Assembly (NCBI GenBank): GCA_049967855.1
Contig: JBMFRX010000009.1
Span: forward strand, 1-57,444
Source: Caldisericaceae bacterium
Lineage (GTDB): Bacteria; Caldisericota; Caldisericia; Caldisericales; Caldisericaceae
Reading direction: 5' to 3'
DNA: 57,444 bases
Numbering within the stretch: position 1 is the first letter of the stretch; every line of letters begins with the position of its first letter. A program made the position numbers and the translations under genes. Positions 51,205 to 57,444 of the stretch are shown piece after piece. The notes beneath the pieces are model-generated. The model was given only the letters and a program-made list of their open reading frames with translations. It was not told the origin of the DNA and did no database searches.

Positions 51205-51643
51205 ATTACTAAAGGTAACTGTTGATGGAGAAACATTTTATGTTGAGATTGAAGAAATTCAAAAGAAACCAACCATTAAGCATATAGAAAAGTCTGAAAA
51301 AGTGTCTCAAGTAGAAACAAGCACCGAAACTCAGGTAGAACCTAAGCCAGAATCAAAGGAAACTGTTTCAAGTGTTCCAGTTGATTCCCCAGAGGAGGCA
51401 GAAAACAACCATTCAGTAAAGCATCCAGGAGACTATATACTTTCACCTCTTCCAGGAAAAGTTCTTTCAGTAAAAGTCAAAGAAGGTCAAAAAGTTAAAA
51501 AAGGTGACCTATTGCTAATGATTGAGGCAATGAAAATGGAGAACGAGGTACTTGCAGCTCACGATGCCGTTGTCACTAATGTCTATGTGAAGTCTGGTGA
51601 CTACGTAGAAACAAACGCAAAGCTTCTAAAAATAGAGAGGTAG
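51197..51643 (+). CDS. Biotin carboxyl carrier subunit (MmdC-like)
   Basis: VTVDG..F.VEIEE, a linker, SPLPG and the EAMKMENE biotinylation motif. Confidence 0.92.
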   Translation: MGKLLKVTVDGETFYVEIEEIQKKPTIKHIEKSEKVSQVETSTETQVEPKPESKETVSSVPVDSPEEAENNHSVKHPGDYILSPLPGKVLSVKVKEGQKVKKGDLLLMIEAMKMENEVLAAHDAVVTNVYVKSGDYVETNAKLLKIER

Positions 51644-51645
51644 CT

Positions 51646-52767
51646 ATGAGCCTACTTATAAACCTTTTTTTCCAGAGCGGATTTGCTGCCATCACCTGGA
51701 AAGAACTTGTAATGATAGCCATAGGGCTAATCCTTGTTTACCTTGCAATATTCAAAGACGCAGAACCATTACTTCTTCTTCCAATAGGATTTGGAGCAAT
51801 ACTGGCCAATTTGCCTCTCTCAGGCATAACAAGCCCGCCAAACGGATTCTTCTATATTATATACCAGTCAGGTGTCGCAAATGAGTTGTTTCCAATAATA
51901 ATTTTTATGGGTATCGGCGCAATGACTGATTTTGGACCTCTCATTGCAAACCCCTGGACTATACTTATGGGTGCCGCCGCACAGCTCGGGATTTTCATGG
52001 CACTTCTTGTAGCGCTCCTGCTTGGGTTCAGTCTAAAAGAAGCTGCGTCAATAGGAATTATCGGAGGAGCAGATGGGCCAACGGCAATATACACGACGAT
52101 GAAACTTGCACCACAATTGCTTGGACCAATAGCTGTGGCTGCTTACACATATATGTCTCTTGTTCCAATTATACAACCGCCAATTATGCTCGCACTAACC
52201 ACAAAAAAGGAAAGAAGCGTTGTTATGGGTCAATTAAGGCCTGTTTCTAAGATAGAAAAGATTCTATTTCCAATAGTTGTTACAGCACTTATAGCTCTGC
52301 TTTTCCCTGTTGTGGCACCACTTATAGGAATGCTTATGATGGGCAACTTGTTCAGGGAGTCTGGAGTCGTTGACAGACTGTCAAATACGGCAGCAAATGA
52401 ACTTATAAATATTGCAACTATTTTCCTTGCAACAACCGTTGGTACGACAATGAGAGGCGATACATTCCTCACAGTAAAAACTATTGAAATCATCGTCCTC
52501 GGAGTAATTGCATTTGGAGGAGGAACGGCAGGAGGAGTTCTAGTAGGAAAGGTTTTCTACTGGCTAACTGGTGGAAAGGTTAATCCACTCATTGGCTCAG
52601 CAGGGGTTTCTGCTGTTCCAATGGCAGCAAGAGTTTCTCAAAAAGTTGGACAGGAAGAAAACCCAGGCAATTTCTTGCTTATGCATGCGATGGGTCCAAA
52701 CGTTGCTGGAGTTATTGGCACTGCGGTTGTCGCTGGTGTAATGATAACAATTCTACTTGGAAGATAA
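51646..52767 (+). CDS. Na+-translocating decarboxylase beta subunit (OadB/MmdB)
   Basis: [38 protein letters not shown] and HAMGPNVAG. Confidence 0.95.
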   Translation: MSLLINLFFQSGFAAITWKELVMIAIGLILVYLAIFKDAEPLLLLPIGFGAILANLPLSGITSPPNGFFYIIYQSGVANELFPIIIFMGIGAMTDFGPLIANPWTILMGAAAQLGIFMALLVALLLGFSLKEAASIGIIGGADGPTAIYTTMKLAPQLLGPIAVAAYTYMSLVPIIQPPIMLALTTKKERSVVMGQLRPVSKIEKILFPIVVTALIALLFPVVAPLIGMLMMGNLFRESGVVDRLSNTAANELINIATIFLATTVGTTMRGDTFLTVKTIEIIVLGVIAFGGGTAGGVLVGKVFYWLTGGKVNPLIGSAGVSAVPMAARVSQKVGQEENPGNFLLMHAMGPNVAGVIGTAVVAGVMITILLGR

Positions 52768-52791
52768 GCTTATATAACACTTTAACTTTAA

Positions 52792-52826
52792 AGCGGGGTT
52801 ATTCCTATACCCCGCTAATTTTTTTG
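52792..52826 (+). terminator. Intrinsic terminator between the convergent decarboxylase operon and dinB
   Basis: AGCGGGGT, 9 nt loop, ACCCCGCT, followed by AATTTTTTT. Overlaps the dinB stop. Confidence 0.7.
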
Positions 52827-54013
52827 TCAGTTAATACGAAAGATTTGTGCAAAAAATTCTCATTACCATATTCAGTTATCTTAAAACCAAAAAGCTTTCT
52901 TGACGAGTCCATTGCTTCAAGGAGTTTAGTTTCCTTGGACAAATGCTCTTCATCAAAGAGACCATTTCCATTTTTACTATGAGTAAGCTTACTCGCACTT
53001 ACACCAAGGAGCCTAACTTTAGATCCGTTATACACATCATTGAAAAGGTTTATTGACTCTTGATAGATATCCCTGTCAGTGTTAGTACGAAACAAAACTT
53101 TTCTATGAGTTATCGTGTAAAAATCTTCGTATCTTATCGTAATCGTTAAAACTTCGCACACAAAATTAGATTCCCTTAGACGAAGTGCCACATGCGATGA
53201 AAGCATCCTCAATATAGCCTTTATATATACTATATTATCTGTATCGTAATCAAATGTCACAGAGTTGCCAACTGATTTTGCATCCTCCCTGTCAAGAGCA
53301 GTAACCACAGGAGAATCATCAATACCTCTCGAGGCATTGTATAAAAAGTTGCCGTAAGAATGAAAAACTCTAACAAGATCTTTCATTGGAATCTTTTGCA
53401 GGTCAGAAACCTTTTCAACACCAAATTCATTTTTAAGAACCAGTTCCGTTCTTTTGCCTATGCCTGTAATCTTACCAACTGGCAAATCCTTTAATACGTT
53501 ATCAGTCTCATCTCCCCTAATCACAATAATTCCGTCAGGCTTTACAAGCTTAGCTGCAATTTTAGACATAAGTTTGTTTACACTTATACCAATAGTACAC
53601 GTTATTCCAAAATTCTCTTTCACGGTCTCCTTTATTTTGTGTCCTATCTTATATGCTTCTTCGAAGGATTTTACTAAATAACTAAAGTCCATAAACACTT
53701 CATCAATTGAAAAACGTTCTACTGCAGGGGCAAATCCAAGAAACACATTATAAAGTTCATTAGAAATTCTATCATATTCAGCTATGTTCCCTTTTAACAC
53801 AATCAAGTTGGGATATAAATGCCTGGCTTTGCCTAAGGGCATCCCTGATTTAATGCCGTACACGCGTGCTTCATACGATGCTGTTGCAATTACGGAGCGC
53901 CCATTAGGATTTCCAGAAACAGCAATAGGTTTACCTCTAAGCCAGGGCTTTTGTGCCTGCTCTATCGAAGCAAAGAACGCATCCATATCTACGTGCATTA
54001 TTATCCTGTCCAT
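52805..54013 (-). CDS. dinB: DNA polymerase IV (Y family)
   Basis: HVDMDAFFAS, ASYEAR, SIDE, KIAAK..KPDG and VRLLGV. Confidence 0.95.
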   Translation of the reverse strand: MDRIIMHVDMDAFFASIEQAQKPWLRGKPIAVSGNPNGRSVIATASYEARVYGIKSGMPLGKARHLYPNLIVLKGNIAEYDRISNELYNVFLGFAPAVERFSIDEVFMDFSYLVKSFEEAYKIGHKIKETVKENFGITCTIGISVNKLMSKIAAKLVKPDGIIVIRGDETDNVLKDLPVGKITGIGKRTELVLKNEFGVEKVSDLQKIPMKDLVRVFHSYGNFLYNASRGIDDSPVVTALDREDAKSVGNSVTFDYDTDNIVYIKAILRMLSSHVALRLRESNFVCEVLTITIRYEDFYTITHRKVLFRTNTDRDIYQESINLFNDVYNGSKVRLLGVSASKLTHSKNGNGLFDEEHLSKETKLLEAMDSSRKLFGFKITEYGNENFLHKSFVLTDKKISGV

Positions 54014-54019
54014 ACATTA

Positions 54020-54048
54020 ATTATACAAACAAATGTTCGCTTTGTCAA
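54020..54048 (-). promoter_or_regulatory. dinB promoter containing a Gram-positive-type LexA (SOS) box
   Basis: Perfect TTGACA (54048-54043), 17 nt spacer, TATAAT (54025-54020). The spacer contains CGAACATTTGTTTG (54039-54026), one mismatch from CGAAC-N4-GTTCG. The ATG is 6 nt after the -10. Confidence 0.8.
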
Positions 54049-54157
54049 GAAAAAAATAAAATGCTTTTAAATCGCATTAATACAATTTTAGCTGAATCAA
54101 CATTAAATATAAAGACATTAAAAAGTCTTCTGTAGAAACTACCTTAAGAAACTTTTT

Positions 54158-54424
54158 TTAATCCTTTAAGACAAGAGCAATAATTCCTATTGCAATGAAA
54201 ATTACACCAGAAATAATCTTCAGCGTCTTTGCAGGGATTACCTTGCTTAAGAATTCTCCAAATAATACTGCAATAAGCGAAGTTAGAGAAAGCGCAAGAA
54301 CAGCCCCTAAAAGAACCATCCACTTATTTTTGGCATTGGCTGTAAAAGAAAATATTGCGAGCTGCGTTTTATCTGCAAGCTCGGCAAGAAAAACTGCTCC
54401 AAAAACTGTCAAAAATTCTTTCAT
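54158..54424 (-). CDS. Half-size UPF0016 (TMEM165/GDT1) putative Mn2+/Ca2+ transporter
   Basis: 88 aa, three TM segments and the FLAELADKTQLA motif. ATG 54424 follows SD GGAGG. Confidence 0.88.
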   Translation of the reverse strand: MKEFLTVFGAVFLAELADKTQLAIFSFTANAKNKWMVLLGAVLALSLTSLIAVLFGEFLSKVIPAKTLKIISGVIFIAIGIIALVLKD

Positions 54425-54490
54425 ATAATGCCTCCAAAAAATATTTGAGCTATCACACAAGATACTTTATTTTATACAAGACTTGCTCAC

Positions 54491-54628
54491 AAAACGCACC
54501 CTAAAAAAGTGAGGGTTCCCTCTTGCGAGGGAACCACAGTGGCAGCAAAAGCCGCCAACGGGCTTATAGTCCCGAAGGACTGCCCAAAAGTGCCTCGTAC
54601 GGGATAGCTTACGCTTCCCAAAGAAGGC
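54491..54628 (-). ncRNA. Candidate structured RNA (cis-regulatory leader or sRNA), class unknown
   Basis: GC-rich island with four hairpins closed by GUAA, C(UUCG)G, UUUU and GCAA loops. G-U wobble pairs form only on the minus strand. It begins 7 nt after a TATAAT box. Confidence 0.65.
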
Positions 54629-54635
54629 AAAAATG

Positions 54636-54663
54636 ATTATAATTAAAAAGCCAAAATTTGCAA
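54636..54663 (-). promoter_or_regulatory. Promoter of the candidate structured RNA/UPF0016 gene
   Basis: TTGCAA (54663-54658), 16 nt spacer, TATAAT (54641-54636). Confidence 0.6.
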
Positions 54664-54715
54664 TATTTTATTCAAGTTAAAACATATTTTAGCAAAATTA
54701 ACACAGGAGGTTTTT

Positions 54716-55693
54716 ATGAACGAAGTATTTGAAGTAATGCTTTTATTAGGTTTGCCAGCTTCTGGAAAGTCAGAAATAAGGCGTTTCCTGGCTAATCTTG
54801 ACGATGAGACACTAACAAAAGAATTTCACATTGGCGACACAATTCACCTTGATGACTTTCCCTACGTTTACCTTATGAGGAAAGTTGATTCGATTCTTGA
54901 AAAAAATGGCTATGCAAGGATTTTTGCAGATGCAGAAGAGCTTCCTTTTAAGGACCCCCGTGATTGGGGTACGCTCACACAACTCCTAAATGAAGATTAT
55001 TTTGACCTCTTGAGTCGAAAACAGATTAATGTTCCTTCATATACCAAAGAACTTTTTGAGAGAATAGACAATGCAGGCAATAAGGTGGGAATACCTGGGA
55101 GACTCTCAAAAATTGACTTCTCTGTTTACACTATTGTTGAAAGAGAATTGGAAGAGGAAGCAAGCAAACTCTTTACAGATAAGGTCAAATCATATCCTGA
55201 TACGCTTCAAGGAAAAACCGTCATCATCGAATTTGCAAGAGGCGGAGCCCAAGGCTCAACCCTTCCATTAAATCCTCCATTTGGCTATCAATACTCTCTT
55301 ATGCAGGTTGCAAATGAAATCCTTGAAAAGTCGGTTATACTGTACAATTGGGTGACTCCTGAAGAATCAAGAAGGAAAAATATGGACCGCGCTGATCCGA
55401 ATAATCCAGGTTCTATTCTTCACCATGGCGTTCCAATGGAAGTAATGCTAAAGGAGTACGGGGTTGATGACATTCAATGGCTCGTAGATCATTCTCCCGT
55501 GAAAGATACAATTACCATCAAAAAGGATTCTCGAACATTACACGTACCTGTGGCATTCTTTGACAACAGGAATGATAAGACAACATTCCTGAGACAGGAC
55601 ACAAGCCTCTGGGATAAAGAGCGCGTAGAGGAGATAACCAAAGCATTGAAATCCGCTTTCAATAAACTTTATATGCTTTCAAAAAAGGATTGA
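54716..55693 (+). CDS. Uncharacterised P-loop protein, NMP/nucleoside kinase-like fold
   Basis: N-terminal hydrophobic strand followed by GLPASGKS; IIEFARGG; lid-like EESRRKN..R; strong SD AGGAGG. Confidence 0.75.
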   Translation: MNEVFEVMLLLGLPASGKSEIRRFLANLDDETLTKEFHIGDTIHLDDFPYVYLMRKVDSILEKNGYARIFADAEELPFKDPRDWGTLTQLLNEDYFDLLSRKQINVPSYTKELFERIDNAGNKVGIPGRLSKIDFSVYTIVERELEEEASKLFTDKVKSYPDTLQGKTVIIEFARGGAQGSTLPLNPPFGYQYSLMQVANEILEKSVILYNWVTPEESRRKNMDRADPNNPGSILHHGVPMEVMLKEYGVDDIQWLVDHSPVKDTITIKKDSRTLHVPVAFFDNRNDKTTFLRQDTSLWDKERVEEITKALKSAFNKLYMLSKKD

Positions 55694-55899
55694 AATATTA
55701 AAACGGGTTAGAAGCATTTGCAAAACTGGTAAATACAGCCTCCGTGTTGCCTCACATAATTTCTTAATGTTATTTAACCTGCAATTTTTTTAGTAGGTTT
55801 TATTAAATATTATCTGGTTGCCTCATCTAAATTTTAATCTTTTGTAATCGCTAATCTTTTTCAAGCGATTCTATACGAAATTATTCTGAGTCAAAGGAA

Positions 55900-56161
55900 T
55901 GTACGCGTCACACGCATTTGAGACTCTCGATAATATTGAATTTGATTATAGAAAGCACTCATACAAAGAAGTAAACACATAATAAATTGGTGCCATAGTC
56001 CTCTCTAATCCGCTTTGAGATATTGTGGATTAGAGAATATCAAATCTACACTCATTTTAAGCAGATTTATTATTAAGACTTTTATGTGGTCTTTCGGTAT
56101 TGTACTATATGAGGTAATCGATAAGTCTTTTGTTAAATTCATTGATGTCGTACGAAAGAAG
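55900..56161 (-). pseudogene. Decayed IS481/IS3-like (integrase-core) transposase 3' fragment with a possible terminal repeat
   Basis: 56161-56057 translates to LLSYDINEFNKRLIDYLI*YNTERPHKSLNNKSA*, containing the YN..RPH.SL motif, with TAG probably derived from TGG. An out-of-frame ESQMRVTRT ends at a TGT-starting end at 55900. Confidence 0.6.
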
Positions 56162-56265
56162 TTTGAGCTTTAAGCCAAAGATCGCTTACTTAAAGTTCTA
56201 ATTTTGTTCTTAGAATTCAAAGCCAAAGTCTGTCTAAATTACTTTATGTCTCTACTAAAACCTGA

Positions 56266-56297
56266 ATTAAAAGGCTGCCCTTAAATGGGGGCAGCCT
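56266..56297 (-). terminator. Intrinsic terminator downstream of the solute-binding protein gene
   Basis: AGGCTGCCC/GGGCAGCCT stem (56297-56272), followed on the minus strand by TTTAATT. Confidence 0.75.
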
Positions 56298-56319
56298 GAA
56301 CCGTTTTTAAAAAAACAAA

Positions 56320-57444
56320 TTAATGAATATATGACCTTAACTTCGTCCCAAGTTCCTTAAAACCATCCTCAGGAGAAATCTTCTGAAGGAAAATCTTCTG
56401 CAATTCTGACCCTATATCAACATAAGCCTGTGTCCATTCTCTTGTGATTGGCTCAATTAAGGCATTTGGTAATTCATCAAATCCAGCCCTTCTTTCAGGA
56501 TGCTGTTGAATGAATTCTTTCATCAAAGGTAGATCAAGCGCACTCTTTCTTACAGGCAGGTATGCAGTATCAATTGACCATCTTGCCGTTTGATACGTAG
56601 AAGTAAACCATTTTACAAATTCCCACGAACCTTTTGCAGTTTCTGAATCATATTTATTTCCGAAAATAACGACATTTGCACCCGAAAGCGTCGTGTACTG
56701 ACCTTTCGGACCCTGGGGAATTGGAGCCTGTGCCCATCTAAACCTACCACCTACTGCTTGACCTATATAGGTGTAACCGACAATGCTTCCAAAGACAAAA
56801 GCACATTTCTTGTTTCCAAAATCTGATTGATAGTCATATCCATTAGTAAAATGAATATCTCCGTTTTTGTACAATTCGTCAAGGAATTTTACAGGGGCAA
56901 GAGCATTCGGATCTTTATCAAAGAGAACACTTCTGGAGTCATCTGAGAGAACTCTTCCACCCCATTCATAGACCATTGCATACCATATATCGGCGATTGC
57001 ATCTGAAGAACTCATTCCAAGAGATGCACCCCATTGTGAGCCATCAGACTTTGTAAGAGCCTGGCACATTGTCGCAAATTCATCCCATGTTTTTGGAGGA
57101 TGATCAAATCCTGCTTCTTTAAGCATATCCACGTTGTAATACATTACCTCAACGCTCTTGTTAAAAGGCATTGTCCATATCTTACCATCTGGCATATAGC
57201 CATCTTTCCACATGATTGGGAAGAAATCATTGATATCCGACTGTGATAGACCCATTGAAGGATCTTTTACAAACTTTTCAACTGGAATAAGAAGGTTACC
57301 GAGCATGTAATTTCCAACCCAGCTTTCCCTTGCCTGTGCAATAACCGGATAAGTATTAGACATTATCGCTGCCGTTGTCTTTTGTTGAAGTAATGTGTAG
57401 TTTGCAACTGCAGTCTCAACAATTTTATACCTTGGGTGAGTTGC
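56320..57444 (-). CDS. ABC transporter family-1 extracellular solute-binding protein (UgpB-like), 5' end outside the window
   Basis: The frame is open to the window edge (ATHPRYKIVETAVANY...). Motifs: MPFNKS..MYYN.DML, PPKTWDE, GSWEFVKW and TAYLPVRKSA. Confidence 0.9.
   Translation of the reverse strand, partial: ATHPRYKIVETAVANYTLLQQKTTAAIMSNTYPVIAQARESWVGNYMLGNLLIPVEKFVKDPSMGLSQSDINDFFPIMWKDGYMPDGKIWTMPFNKSVEVMYYNVDMLKEAGFDHPPKTWDEFATMCQALTKSDGSQWGASLGMSSSDAIADIWYAMVYEWGGRVLSDDSRSVLFDKDPNALAPVKFLDELYKNGDIHFTNGYDYQSDFGNKKCAFVFGSIVGYTYIGQAVGGRFRWAQAPIPQGPKGQYTTLSGANVVIFGNKYDSETAKGSWEFVKWFTSTYQTARWSIDTAYLPVRKSALDLPLMKEFIQQHPERRAGFDELPNALIEPITREWTQAYVDIGSELQKIFLQKISPEDGFKELGTKLRSYIH

Noticed and set aside
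54491..54628. Assigning the structured RNA to yybP-ykoY, cobalamin (GCCACUG), M-box, NiCo, SRP, 6S, 5S or a self-cleaving ribozyme
   Set aside because: Only isolated short words match. The diagnostic cores (GGGGAGUAG/CAAGAC, B12 box, SRP GGAA-AGCA loop, long 6S rod, CUGAUGA) are not present by eye.
55749..55776. dif-like site GCCTCACATAA-TTTCTT-AATGTTATTTA
   Set aside because: The inner ATAA-N6-TTAT symmetry is off by one base and the arms match known dif sites poorly.
55694..56319. Replication origin, CRISPR array or large ncRNA in the gene-free gap
   Set aside because: Only one imperfect DnaA-like box, no regularly spaced repeats and low GC; part of the gap is explained by the transposase relic.

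Overview
AT-rich bacterial chromosomal segment made almost entirely of housekeeping genes, probably from an anaerobic, Terrabacteria-like and possibly thermophilic organism. The gene content is reminiscent of Caldisericota, but that is an unverified impression. Gene order: partial copper-amine-oxidase-N-domain/solute-binding fusion, RNase J-like MBL hydrolase, nadE, a lone Xer-type recombinase, peroxiredoxin, nucleoside kinase, a glycogen block (glgC, DUF4912-like, GH57 branching enzyme, HDIG protein), pdxS-pdxT-yebC-ruvCAB, EamA, PBP1A-serS-tRNA-Ser(UGA), a DUF1614-ccdA-rbfA-nrnA-Yip1-pcrA-paaI run, pilD-pilMNO(P)-pepQ, surE, alr, hpf-secA-prfB-yitT-ftsEX-M23, rpoZ-like-coaBC-metK-priA, htrA, a second RNase J-like gene, roadblock/LC7, mogA, birA, a Na+-pumping biotin decarboxylase operon, dinB, a half-size UPF0016 transporter, an unknown P-loop protein, a decayed IS fragment and a partial solute-binding protein. 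I found no CRISPR array, prophage or defence island. The most novel-looking signal is a GC-rich RNA of about 138 nt with four hairpins (54628-54491, minus strand). It starts at the predicted transcription start of its own promoter and lies upstream of the UPF0016 (Mn2+/Ca2+) transporter, yet matches no riboswitch class I recognise. Other points of interest: a PriA with erased helicase motifs, an ATA-initiated coaBC, a cohort of apparently leaderless genes, a LexA box inside the dinB promoter, prfB without its frameshift, and window ends that break at nearly the same point of the same protein family.
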